A DNA stretch of 64,000 nucleotides, taken from NCBI GenBank assembly GCA_045536565.1, contig JAZSNU010000020.1, positions 2,727-66,726 of the forward strand, given 5' to 3'. The stretch's first letter is position 1. The number at the start of each line of letters is the position of its first letter. The notes beneath the pieces are model-generated. The model worked only from the letters and a program-made list of their open reading frames with translations, was not told the DNA's origin and searched no databases. This document shows positions 41,092 through 50,286 of the stretch, in pieces. Source of the DNA: Clostridia bacterium (GTDB taxonomy: Bacteria; Bacillota; Clostridia; TANB77; CAG-465). The position numbers and the translations under genes were made by a program.

Positions 41092-41541
41092 ATGGGATTA
41101 AAAGAAAATTTATTAAAAGAATTAAAAGAGGCAATGCAGGCTAAGGACACAATAAGAAAAGATACGATAACAATGTTAAGAGCAGCTATACTTCAAATAG
41201 AAAAAGATACACAAAAAGAATTATCAGAAGACGATATGCTTGCAATTGTTGCAAAAGAAGTTAAAAAAAGAAAAGAATCATTACCAGAATATGAGAAAGC
41301 AGGAAGAGATGATATAGTTGAAAATTTAAATAAAGAAATAAAAATATTAGAGGTGTATTTACCAGAGCAACTAACAGAAGATGAAATAAGAGAGTTAGTA
41401 ATAGTAGCTATAAAAGAAGTTGGAGCAGAATCTCCAAAGGATATGGGAAAAGTAATGCAAAATGTAAGAGCAAAAACACAAGGAAAAGCAGACGGTAAAG
41501 TAATAAGCGATATAGTTAAAGCAGAATTAAACAATTTATAA
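41092..41541 (+). CDS. GatB/YqeY domain protein
   Basis: LKEAMQAKDTIRKDTITMLRAAI N-terminus typical of YqeY. Confidence 0.8.
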   Translation: MGLKENLLKELKEAMQAKDTIRKDTITMLRAAILQIEKDTQKELSEDDMLAIVAKEVKKRKESLPEYEKAGRDDIVENLNKEIKILEVYLPEQLTEDEIRELVIVAIKEVGAESPKDMGKVMQNVRAKTQGKADGKVISDIVKAELNNL

Positions 41542-41591
41542 TAATAGAAAAATAGGGCCAAGTTATACTTGGCTTTTATAGGAGGTAGAAA

Positions 41592-42824
41592 ATGAAAAAA
41601 GATATTGTTTTAATAAATGATGAAAAATTTAAAAGTGTTTTCATAGCAATAAATTTTATAAGAAAATTAAATAAAGAAGAAGCAGGGAAAAATGCTTTGC
41701 TTGCATCAGTATTAAAAAAAGGTACGGCTAATTTAAAAACAGAAAAAGAAATGGAACTAGAACTTGCAAAACTATATTATTCTAGTATAGATGTAAATGT
41801 TGAAAAAATTGGTGGGCTATATAATGTTGAATTTGGCGCAGAGTTTATAAATAAAAAATACATAGATGAAGATGTTATGGATAAGGTGGTAAACATTCTA
41901 CATGATGTTATGTATAATCCATATTTAAAAAATAATGTGTTTTCAGAAGAAATAGTAAGTGTAGAAAAAGAAGCATTAATAGAAAAGATTAATCAAGAAA
42001 GAAATGATAAAAGAAGATGGTCTTTAAGAAGACTGGAAGAAGAAATGTATAGTCATAATGATTATAGTGTTTCAGTTTTAGGAAATGTAGAAGACATACA
42101 AAAACAAACAAGCACAACATTATATGAATACTACAAGGAGTTTTTAAATACCTCTGAAATTAGAGTAATTGTATCAGGTAATTTAAGTGGTTATGAAAAT
42201 TTAGAGAAAACACTTCAAGATAAATTTATAAAAAACAATGTAAAGGTAGAAAGTGTTGAAATAAAAAATAGAACAGAGTTTAAAAGTGTAGAGGACTACG
42301 AAAAATTAAATCAAAGTGTTTTATGTTTAGGACTTGACATAAAAAACATGTCAAAAGATTTGGTTCCAGTTGTAGCAGTATATAACAGTATATTAGGCGG
42401 AACACCAGCATCTAAATTGTTCCAAAATGTAAGAGAAAAAGAAAGTTTAGCATATTTTGCTAAGTCTATGTATATGAAACACATAAATTCTATTTATATA
42501 TATTCTGGAATTAATTTAAGTAATGCAGAGAAGGCAACAGATGTAATAAAAAAACAATTACAAGATATAAAGATAGGAAATATAACTGATGAAGAGATTG
42601 ATACAGCTAAAAAGAATATGGTATTAACATATAAAGCAATATCTGATAATAAAGTGTTATACAATAGATTAATGCTAGCAAATGAGATATATTATGGAGC
42701 AGAGTTTAATATTAATCAATTTGTAGAAGATATTGAAAAAGTTACAATAGAAGATGTTGTAAAAGTAGCGCAAAATATAGAAATAAATACTATATATCTT
42801 TTAGGAGGTAAAATAGATGAATAA
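41592..42824 (+). CDS. M16 family peptidase-like protein, non-catalytic partner (no HxxEH)
   Basis: Insulinase fold hallmarks without the zinc motif. Confidence 0.75.
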   Translation: MKKDIVLINDEKFKSVFIAINFIRKLNKEEAGKNALLASVLKKGTANLKTEKEMELELAKLYYSSIDVNVEKIGGLYNVEFGAEFINKKYIDEDVMDKVVNILHDVMYNPYLKNNVFSEEIVSVEKEALIEKINQERNDKRRWSLRRLEEEMYSHNDYSVSVLGNVEDIQKQTSTTLYEYYKEFLNTSEIRVIVSGNLSGYENLEKTLQDKFIKNNVKVESVEIKNRTEFKSVEDYEKLNQSVLCLGLDIKNMSKDLVPVVAVYNSILGGTPASKLFQNVREKESLAYFAKSMYMKHINSIYIYSGINLSNAEKATDVIKKQLQDIKIGNITDEEIDTAKKNMVLTYKAISDNKVLYNRLMLANEIYYGAEFNINQFVEDIEKVTIEDVVKVAQNIEINTIYLLGGKIDE

Positions 42825-44109
42825 AGTAGAGGTTGAAATAAATAATATAACACAAGATAAAGTATATAAAACTACACTTAGCAATGGACTAAGAGTATTT
42901 GTATGCCCAAGAAAAGATTACACAAAAAAAATGGGCATGTTTGGTACGGTATTTGGTTCAATAGATAATGAATTAATTGATATAGATACGCATGAAAAAG
43001 TAAAAGTACCTGATGGAATAGCACATTTTCTAGAACATAAATTATTTGAACAAGAAGATGCAAATGCACTTGATGTGTTTTCGAAAATGGGAGTAGATTC
43101 TAACGCATATACATCATTTGACCAAACCGTATATTATTTTGAAGCATCAGATAATTATGAAGAGTGTTTGGATAAATTAGTTGAGTTTGTATCAAGCCCA
43201 TATTTTACTGATGAAAATGTAGAAAAAGAAAAAGGAATAATAGCACAAGAAATTAAGATGTATGAGGATGAACCAAATGCAGTTGTATACTATAATTTAC
43301 TTAGATGTATGTATCAAAACCACCCTATAAATATAGATATTGCAGGAACAGTAGAAACTATATCTAAAATAGATAAAGAAACATTGTATAGATGTTATTA
43401 TTCTAATTATAATTTAAAAAATATGTTTCTAATTATTATAGGCGATTTAGATTCAGAAGAAATATTAGAAAAGGCAGAAAAAATAGTAGATAAATACTAT
43501 ACAAACAGAAAAGCAGAAGAGATAAAAAGAAATATAATTAATGAGCCAAAAGAAATAGCAAAAAAAGAGATAGAAACAAAACTACCTATTGCTATGGAAG
43601 TAGAAATGTTAGGATTTAAAATGAATCCATGTACTGGGAAAGAAAGCATAAAAGCAACAATAATTTCTGATATTATAAATCAAGTGTGTTTTTCAACAGC
43701 ATCGGATTTCTATGAGAAATTATACAAAGATGGAGTAATCATTGCAGAACCAGATTTTGCATTTGAAAGTGGTAGAGATTTTTCACACGTATTAATATCG
43801 TCATATGTTGTAGATGATAAAAAGTTTGAAGAAGAAGTAATAAAGTATATTACTGAGTTAAAGGAAAACGGTATTGATCAAGATAAATTTGATATTATGC
43901 TTAAAAAGAAAAAAGGAGAACTAATATATAACTCTGAAAAACTTTCATGGATATATAGAAGTGTTATTGAATCAATAATACAAGATGTAGATGTTTATGA
44001 TGAAATTAACATAGCAAGCACTATAACAAAACAAGATGTAGATAACTTCATAAAAGAAAACTTAGACTTTGATAGAATGTGTATATCAAAGGTTGTGGGA
44101 ATAGAATAA
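42817..44109 (+). CDS. M16B family zinc peptidase (HxxEH present)
   Basis: AHFLEHKLFE zinc-binding motif; 8-nt overlap with the upstream partner. Confidence 0.8.
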   Translation: MNKVEVEINNITQDKVYKTTLSNGLRVFVCPRKDYTKKMGMFGTVFGSIDNELIDIDTHEKVKVPDGIAHFLEHKLFEQEDANALDVFSKMGVDSNAYTSFDQTVYYFEASDNYEECLDKLVEFVSSPYFTDENVEKEKGIIAQEIKMYEDEPNAVVYYNLLRCMYQNHPINIDIAGTVETISKIDKETLYRCYYSNYNLKNMFLIIIGDLDSEEILEKAEKIVDKYYTNRKAEEIKRNIINEPKEIAKKEIETKLPIAMEVEMLGFKMNPCTGKESIKATIISDIINQVCFSTASDFYEKLYKDGVIIAEPDFAFESGRDFSHVLISSYVVDDKKFEEEVIKYITELKENGIDQDKFDIMLKKKKGELIYNSEKLSWIYRSVIESIIQDVDVYDEINIASTITKQDVDNFIKENLDFDRMCISKVVGIE

Positions 44110-44145
44110 AACATATATCTTTATATTGTTTTTTAAGAAAGACCA

Positions 44146-44154
44146 TGCTATAAT
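44146..44154 (+). promoter_or_regulatory. extended -10 promoter TGcTATAAT for the small-peptide gene
   Basis: TGCTATAAT read directly 40 nt upstream of the peptide ATG. Confidence 0.45.
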
Positions 44155-44193
44155 TGCTTTCGGCCACTTGCCAAGGAAGGTGGTGAAATAATT

Positions 44194-44280
44194 ATGACAG
44201 CATGGTCTATACTATTAGGTGCTATTGCTTCTGTTTTTGAGTGTTTGGCACACTTGATTACAGCCATTAAAAAGCGTTAG
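44194..44280 (+). CDS. 28-aa hydrophobic peptide MTAWSILLGAIASVFECLAHLITAIKKR (candidate small membrane peptide / type I toxin-like)
   Basis: Strong RBS GGAAGGTGGTGA 7 nt upstream; extended -10 promoter; terminator 44289..44335 right after the stop; 9-bp inverted repeat GACCATGCT/AGCATGGTC brackets RBS and start. Confidence 0.35.
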   Translation: MTAWSILLGAIASVFECLAHLITAIKKR

Positions 44281-44288
44281 CATCTAGC

Positions 44289-44335
44289 CTTTAAGTGAAT
44301 CTAATTCCTAGTTAGATTCACTTTTATTTTATGCA
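44289..44335 (+). terminator. rho-independent terminator (AGTGAATCTAA...TTAGATTCACT + TTTATTTT)
   Basis: Perfect 11-bp stem plus T-run. Confidence 0.65.
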
Positions 44336-44753
44336 AATAAAATTAGTTTATGTATAAAAAGAGAGAAGATAGTTTTTCCTAGCCTATCTTCTCGATAATT
44401 ATGACTTAGTCTATACTTTTAACCTTTCTTTCTAGAAAGGAGAAATAAAAAATGTTTTTTATTTCTTTTAAATTATACATAATCATATATTTATTTTCAA
44501 CAAAAAGAAGAAAATAAAACTGGTTAACATATAATTGTAATATAATTGTAACATGAATTCGATTAGAAGTCAACGGGAATATATCAAATTTTTAAACTTG
44601 CAATATTATGTAAAGTATGATATAATATAAATATATTGTAAACAAGAATTAGTATTTAAATAAATAATAAAGAAAATAATCAGGCATAGCCTGTTTAAAT
44701 ATATAATTATATAAAAATTAGACTCCTTAAAAGAGAGTAGAAAGAGGTATTTT

Positions 44754-45548
44754 ATGAAAATATTAGAAAAATATATTTTACCATCAATGGTTATTTTTAT
44801 TACATTTGCAATAGGTATAATATTAGACTATCTTTTTGATAATAGACTACTAATTGGAATATCTATGATGTTTATACTTATATCTTTAATTTTAGAATAT
44901 GTTTTTGAATGCTATTGGACAAATTTTAATATAGAACACATGATATGTAGTAATATAGTTAAATCGTGTATATGTTACATGATAGGAAGTTATGTACATG
45001 TTGGCCATTCAGAATTTTTAGTTATTGGTTGTATGAGTGCAATTGCAATCTTTATATATCCCGCAGTAACAATTGGCAGTATTATTGCACAATTAATAGA
45101 TAACAAAATAACAATAAAAGAAATAAGAATAAACATTAAATTATTAATAGTTATATTAGTAATAGAAGTATTAATAATATCTGGAATATTAGTGGGGTAT
45201 AGTACTAATAATTATATTCAACAGAAACAATATGAGGCTTTAACATATTTTGATAATTCTAATGTAAATGGAATAGAGTTTGTTCATGTTCCAGAAGAAA
45301 TAGAAGAAGGTCTATATGGTGTAGTTAAAATAAAAGTTTTAACTAATGATGGCAGGTATGATAATGTAAAAATATCAATTGGTGTTTCTGATCCAAGGGT
45401 TATATCATTTAAAACACCGGAGCAAAATGAAGATTATTATACAGTTAAGATTTACGCAAAAAAAACGGGTAGTGCTCAATTTACTGTTAGATGTGATGAA
45501 ACAGATATTAGCAAGAGTGTAAAAATCTCTGTTGTACCAGAAGAATAA
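44754..45548 (+). CDS. polytopic membrane protein with C-terminal beta-rich (Ig-like) extracytoplasmic domain
   Basis: Several TM helices then a hydrophilic domain; RBS AGAAAGAGGTAT. Confidence 0.5.
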   Translation: MKILEKYILPSMVIFITFAIGIILDYLFDNRLLIGISMMFILISLILEYVFECYWTNFNIEHMICSNIVKSCICYMIGSYVHVGHSEFLVIGCMSAIAIFIYPAVTIGSIIAQLIDNKITIKEIRINIKLLIVILVIEVLIISGILVGYSTNNYIQQKQYEALTYFDNSNVNGIEFVHVPEEIEEGLYGVVKIKVLTNDGRYDNVKISIGVSDPRVISFKTPEQNEDYYTVKIYAKKTGSAQFTVRCDETDISKSVKISVVPEE

Positions 45549-45655
45549 TATTCAAAACATCCAAGATTAATTTCTTGGGTGTTTGTTTTTTTGTTATGTG
45601 TCAAATAAAAAGCTCGAATTTTGTAGAAACTTGCGGTCGAAAACTACATAATATT

Positions 45656-45690
45656 GATTGACATAGCTGTCATAAAATGTTATAAATAAT
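45656..45690 (+). promoter_or_regulatory. sigma-A-like promoter (TTGACA, 17 nt, TATAAA) with upstream Spo0A-box-like GGTCGAA
   Basis: TTGACATAGCTGTCATAAAATGTTATAAA; TGCGGTCGAAAAC about 20 nt upstream resembles the 0A box TGTCGAA. Confidence 0.4.
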
Positions 45691-45709
45691 ACATGAAGGA
45701 GATGATTAA

Positions 45710-45862
45710 ATGGTAGCAGATAAAATAAATAAATTAAGAGAAAAAATAGAAAAACAAATAACAAATAATGAGCCTTATGAAGAAATATATAGTACAAGCA
45801 TGCAGATTGACGATTTAATCACAGAATACTACAAAGAAAAGGAATTATCCGAAAAAATTTAA
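45710..45862 (+). CDS. Spo0E-like sporulation regulatory protein (aspartyl-phosphate phosphatase family), 50 aa
   Basis: Manual translation MVADKINKLREKIEKQITNNEPYEEIYSTSMQIDDLITEYYKEKELSEKI matches the Spo0E-like helical hairpin pattern (I..LR..IE ... S..[IL]D.LI.EYY); RBS GAAGGAG. Confidence 0.55.
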   Translation: MVADKINKLREKIEKQITNNEPYEEIYSTSMQIDDLITEYYKEKELSEKI

Positions 45863-46129
45863 GTTTATATTAAGTAGTGATAAACCTAGACATATAATAA
45901 GCAAGATATCGCATGAATTGTCAGTAAGCAAAAAGAAGGCAATTACTAATATAATAATAGTATCTATGTTTAATGAAAATCCACCAATATCTAGCCTATC
46001 ATTACTGCCTGGTTTTATATTAACTATATCTAATATTCGTTTTAAAAAGTTAGGCTTGTTTTCGTCATTTTCAAAATTTAAATTATCCCCTAAATTGTTA
46101 TAAATATTTTCATAATTGTTATATATCAT
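45845..46129 (-). CDS. hypothetical protein (hydrophilic N-half, hydrophobic C-half), third gene of a coupled minus-strand trio
   Basis: Start overlaps the stop of the upstream 183-aa gene by 1 nt; 3' end overlaps the convergent Spo0E-like gene by 18 nt, so its length is uncertain. Confidence 0.3.
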   Translation of the reverse strand: MIYNNYENIYNNLGDNLNFENDENKPNFLKRILDIVNIKPGSNDRLDIGGFSLNIDTIIILVIAFFLLTDNSCDILLIICLGLSLLNINLNFFG

Positions 46130-46680
46130 TAAAAACCACTATCCCCGTTATTAAAAGAATCTAACACATTAAGTATGCCTAAAATAAAAATATATGTATC
46201 AACATTTTTTTGTCTGTTATCTCTTAAAAAAGGTTTCAATGATAATAACAAATTCTTTCTAGGGTCTTCTTTATTCATACTTGTAAAAATTTTACCCATT
46301 CTCACCATAGTATCCATATCAATATTTGCAAATGGATTAGAATTATTAGTACTTTTTGAAGGATTAGAATTAAAGCCATTTAACATTTCAAATATTTTTC
46401 CTATATCAAACCCGCTACTGTTATTATGATTAACATTTTTATTCTGATTTTGAGTAAAGTCGTAGTTTATAGTACTGCTTTTAGTGTTATTAGAAAAGTT
46501 TTCATTTATATTATTAGAATATGTATTAGTATTAATATTACTGTTTACAGCGTTTTGATTTGGATTATTATCTAACTTTTCTTGTAGAGTTTGAATTATA
46601 TCTAAAAGGGGATTTGTATTATCATTATCTGCCTGTATTTCCTTTGGTAATTCATTATTATTTAAGATGTTTTCTTCCAT
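46129..46680 (-). CDS. Asn-rich low-complexity protein with conserved C-terminal domain (KNLLLSLKPFLRDNRQKNVDTYIFILGILNVL)
   Basis: Intact 183-aa ORF whose ATG directly follows the stop of the upstream small gene (coupled); unusual composition. Confidence 0.45.
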   Translation of the reverse strand: MEENILNNNELPKEIQADNDNTNPLLDIIQTLQEKLDNNPNQNAVNSNINTNTYSNNINENFSNNTKSSTINYDFTQNQNKNVNHNNSSGFDIGKIFEMLNGFNSNPSKSTNNSNPFANIDMDTMVRMGKIFTSMNKEDPRKNLLLSLKPFLRDNRQKNVDTYIFILGILNVLDSFNNGDSGF

Positions 46681-46682
46681 TG

Positions 46683-46850
46683 TTATTTTCCTTGATTATT
46701 GTTATTGTTATTATTCATTCCAAGCATATTTGTTAAATTATTTAAATCTTCTGGGGACATGTTCCTTACCATATTAGACACCTGTTCTAATTTTGCTTTA
46801 TCTACACCTGCTAAAAGTTCAAGTAATTTAGAATTAAGCATATTATTCAC
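46683..46850 (-). CDS. small protein (about 55 aa; ...LNSKLLELLAGVDKAKLEQVSNMVRNMSPEDLNNLTNMLGMNNNN...), first gene of the trio
   Basis: Found by manual translation; RBS ATAAAGGAG about 10 nt upstream of a GTG (an ATG lies 3 codons downstream). Confidence 0.35.
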   Translation of the reverse strand: MNNMLNSKLLELLAGVDKAKLEQVSNMVRNMSPEDLNNLTNMLGMNNNNNNNQGK

Positions 46851-46924
46851 TATTAATCAACTCCTTTATATATAACAAGTATATGCATAAATGTACTTTT
46901 ATGTTCCATTTAGACAAGTAAGAG

Positions 46925-47227
46925 GTGATAAATATTTTAAAGCAAAAAGATATATCAAAAATATATAACATTGTAGATATAGTAGGTGGAGATATAATTA
47001 CAAAGAACAATGTAGTAAATATATATAATGTAAAACCATGTAAAGTTATTAATGAAAGTATAGAGCAACAGCAACAAATATTTTCTTCATATTTAGCAGC
47101 AATTAAAATGTTTAATTTTAATTATAAAGTAATAATTGAAACAAAAAGAATAGATTTTAACAATATGATTTCCAAACTGGATAATAATATGCATTTAAGT
47201 AATAATGAGGGTCAAAAATATAAATAG
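46925..47227 (+). pseudogene. N-terminal fragment of a VirB4/TcpF/Orf16-type conjugation ATPase (truncated relic)
   Basis: YNIVDIVGGDIITKNNVVNIYNVKPCKVINESIEQQQQIFSSYLAAIKMFNFNYKVIIETKRIDF matches the conserved N-terminal region of Gram-positive conjugative-element VirB4-like ATPases, yet the ORF stops after 100 aa and is followed by short out-of-frame remnants up to about 47350. Confidence 0.35.
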
Positions 47228-47388
47228 CAAACTAAAAATAATAAATTATGACAGAGAGTGCATAGGAGAAAATAAAATAATACAAAATATAGCTATGCTA
47301 GTAAACAGTAAGAAGGAAAAATTAACAGATGCTCAGTTGCAACTTTGTAATGTGTTATAGTATAATAAATACATAATAGGAGTATGTA

Positions 47389-48558
47389 ATGGAAAGTAGA
47401 AAAGGTAGAAGAAATATAAGATATAAAGAAGAACAAACGAAAAGTAAAAATAAATGGAAGTTAATATGCTTAATATCTCTTGTGGTTATGATATTAATAT
47501 ATAATGAAGTGTATATATTGTTTAAATATACAACAGGGCAAAATGTTACCGAAAAGCAAATAAGATTATACAAATGGGTAACAAGTTTAAGAAACAATGA
47601 AGCAGAGGTAACAGGAGAAGGAAAATTAGATATAGCGGTTCTGGGGAATATTGTTTTAAGTGATAAACTTCAAAAAAGTTATATATCAAATAATCAGTCA
47701 AATATTGATGAAGTATTTAAACATGTAAAGTTAAGTGGTTATGATTATACTGTTGTAAATCTTGATATGGAATTAAACAATAATGATTTAACAACAAGAG
47801 AACTAATCAATGAATTTCATAGACTTAAAATAAATATGATAAATCTAGCAAATGAGGGGCTTATATATAGCCAAAAACAAGATATAGATGAAACACTTGA
47901 TGCTATAAAAGAAAACAAAATTGAGTATATAGGAACAAAAAAACAAGATAAAAATTATTATATTCTAGAAAAGAATAATATAAAAATTGCCTTTTTATCA
48001 TATATAAGTGATGAATACGGTGAAACTATAAAGCTAAATACATATTCAGATAAGCAGTTAGAAAAAGATATAGAACAGATAAAAAAAGAGAAAGTAGATG
48101 GAACAATACTTTTTATAGATACACTAAGAAGTAATAAAGAAAATATAGATGATGATAAAAAAGATATGCTTAAACAAATACTTGAAAAGGATATAGATGT
48201 AGTAGTATCTAGTGATACAGTTGCGCAAGAAATATATACTAAAAAAGAAGCACAAAATAGCAAATATATTGCTTATTCTTTAGGAGATTTTATAGGGCTT
48301 CAAAAAAATAAAAATAGCGATGTTTCTAAATTATTAAAAATATCAATTAACAAGAAAAAAGAAGACGGCAGCATTAAAACAATTTTTGATGTGGGTTTTG
48401 ACAAGACTTTTGTTGCTTTATCAAATAGTGATGTTACTAAATGTAAAGTGGTTGATTTAGAAAAAGAAATAAAAGAGTTTAATGAAAATGAGGCAGGAAA
48501 TATAACAATGGCTGAGTACCATTATTTGTTGAAGTTAAAGGAAAACTTAGAGTTATAA
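47389..48558 (+). CDS. CapA/PgsA-family (metallophosphatase-like) membrane-anchored protein
   Basis: N-terminal TM, then DIAVLGNIVLSD...YDYTVVNLDMEL pattern of the CapA (PGA_cap) family. Confidence 0.6.
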   Translation: MESRKGRRNIRYKEEQTKSKNKWKLICLISLVVMILIYNEVYILFKYTTGQNVTEKQIRLYKWVTSLRNNEAEVTGEGKLDIAVLGNIVLSDKLQKSYISNNQSNIDEVFKHVKLSGYDYTVVNLDMELNNNDLTTRELINEFHRLKINMINLANEGLIYSQKQDIDETLDAIKENKIEYIGTKKQDKNYYILEKNNIKIAFLSYISDEYGETIKLNTYSDKQLEKDIEQIKKEKVDGTILFIDTLRSNKENIDDDKKDMLKQILEKDIDVVVSSDTVAQEIYTKKEAQNSKYIAYSLGDFIGLQKNKNSDVSKLLKISINKKKEDGSIKTIFDVGFDKTFVALSNSDVTKCKVVDLEKEIKEFNENEAGNITMAEYHYLLKLKENLEL

Positions 48559-48667
48559 GCGTTGATTTAAGATGCTAGATGTGGTATAATTCTTTGCACA
48601 AGGAGGAAATTAGACTAGTATATCAAAATATATTATTGATATAGAAAATTAAAGGAGGATTTAAAAA

Positions 48668-49822
48668 ATGTCACAAAGATTTATATTAAATGAAACTTCA
48701 TACTTTGGTAGAGGTTCAAGGGAAGAACTTGCAAACGAAATTAAAACAAGAGGTTTTAAAAAAGTTTTGGTTGTAACAGATAAAACATTGGTAGATTGTG
48801 GGGTTACAGCAAAAGTAACAGAGGTTTTGGATAAAGCAAATATAGAATATGTTGTTTATTCGGATGTAAAACCTAACCCAACAGTTAAAAATGTACAAGA
48901 TGGTGTAAAAGTATGCACAGAAAATGCAGCAGATGTTATTGTTGCAGTGGGTGGAGGCTCAGCAATTGATACAGCAAAAGGTATAGCGATTGTTATGACA
49001 AATCCAGATAGGGCAGATGTTGTGTCTCTTAATGGTTTATCAAATACAATAAATAAAGGCATGCCTATGATAGCATTACCTACAACACATGGAACAGCGG
49101 CAGAAGTAACAATAAACTATGTAATTACTGACGAAGAAAAACAAGTAAAAATGGTATGCGTTGATCCACATGATATACCACTTGTTGCTATTGTAGATTC
49201 TGAGTTAATGGAAACATTACCTAAAAAGGTAGCAGCTTCTACTGGTATGGATGCTTTAACACATGCTGTTGAAGGATATATCACAAAAGGTCATAACACT
49301 ATGGCAGATATGTTTCATATGAGAGCAATTGAGTTAATATTTGAAAATTTACCAGCAGCTGTAAATGAAAAAGATGAAAAAGCAATTGAAAATACGGCTC
49401 TTGCTCAATACATTGCAGGTATGGGATTCTCAAATGTAGGACTTGGAATAGTTCATTCTATGGCTCATCAGTTAGGTGCTGTATATGACACACCACATGG
49501 TCTTGCAAATACTATTTTACTTCCAACAGTAATGAGATTTAATGGCGCTGTTTGTGCTGATAGGTTTAAAGAAATATTAGCACATTTAGGGGTTGCAAAT
49601 GCAAATGATTTAAGCGATGAAGAAGCAATTGAAACACTTGTAGGAAAGATTGTAGATTTATCTAATGCAGTTGGTATAACTGAAACAGTTAAAGATACTG
49701 GATGTAAGGAAGAAGATTTAGAAATGCTTGCTGAAAAAGCAATGGAAGATCCATGTAAACCAGGAAATCCAAGAGAAGTGACAAAAGAAGACTTTATAAA
49801 ATTATATAAAGAAGCGATGTAA
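48668..49822 (+). CDS. iron-containing alcohol dehydrogenase
   Basis: GGGSAIDTAKGIA, and the family His cluster; 384 aa. Confidence 0.9.
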   Translation: MSQRFILNETSYFGRGSREELANEIKTRGFKKVLVVTDKTLVDCGVTAKVTEVLDKANIEYVVYSDVKPNPTVKNVQDGVKVCTENAADVIVAVGGGSAIDTAKGIAIVMTNPDRADVVSLNGLSNTINKGMPMIALPTTHGTAAEVTINYVITDEEKQVKMVCVDPHDIPLVAIVDSELMETLPKKVAASTGMDALTHAVEGYITKGHNTMADMFHMRAIELIFENLPAAVNEKDEKAIENTALAQYIAGMGFSNVGLGIVHSMAHQLGAVYDTPHGLANTILLPTVMRFNGAVCADRFKEILAHLGVANANDLSDEEAIETLVGKIVDLSNAVGITETVKDTGCKEEDLEMLAEKAMEDPCKPGNPREVTKEDFIKLYKEAM

Positions 49823-49929
49823 GAGAAAATATAAAAATAAAGCGCATCATATAAGTTTTACTTGTATGGTGTGTTTTTCTTGTAATTAATTATTAGGTAT
49901 TATATAATAAACAAAAAGGAGAGATAAAT

Positions 49930-50268
49930 ATGAATTTTTATGATAAAGTATATGAATTAGTTAGATGTTTTAAAGAAACAGAGGAATATAAAAAATATAT
50001 TGAATTAAAAGAAGAAATAAGGAAAGATTCTAAAAATTATAACATGCTAAAAGATTTTAAAGATAAACAAACAAAAGTACAAATGGATTATATAAATACA
50101 GGTAAAGCCAATGAAAATGTTCAAAAAGAACTAGAAAATTTATATTCAATACTTATACAAAATGACAGTATAAGAACATTCTTTGAATCTGAAATAAGAT
50201 TAAATGTATTACTTGCAGATATGAATAAAATAATAGGTGAAGGTATACAAGATATTGTAGAATTTTAA
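49930..50268 (+). CDS. YlbF/YmcA (UPF0342) family regulatory protein
   Basis: Size and helical pattern consistent with Com_YlbF family; low certainty. Confidence 0.5.
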   Translation: MNFYDKVYELVRCFKETEEYKKYIELKEEIRKDSKNYNMLKDFKDKQTKVQMDYINTGKANENVQKELENLYSILIQNDSIRTFFESEIRLNVLLADMNKIIGEGIQDIVEF

Positions 50269-50286
50269 ATTTGTAAAGAGGAATAT

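Noticed and set aside
44361-44393. Hairpin GAGAAGATAG/CTATCTTCTC as a plus-strand terminator for the 28-aa peptide gene
   Set aside because: The T-run lies on the minus-strand side only. The plus-strand transcript already has a proper terminator at 44289-44335. It is interpreted as a minus-strand (antisense-direction) terminator instead.
46129-46680. Possibility that the Asn-rich 183-aa ORF is a non-coding AT-rich low-complexity tract
   Set aside because: It was kept as a CDS. Its ATG directly follows the stop of an RBS-bearing upstream gene. The next gene's ATG overlaps its stop. Its C-terminal 60 aa are compositionally normal.
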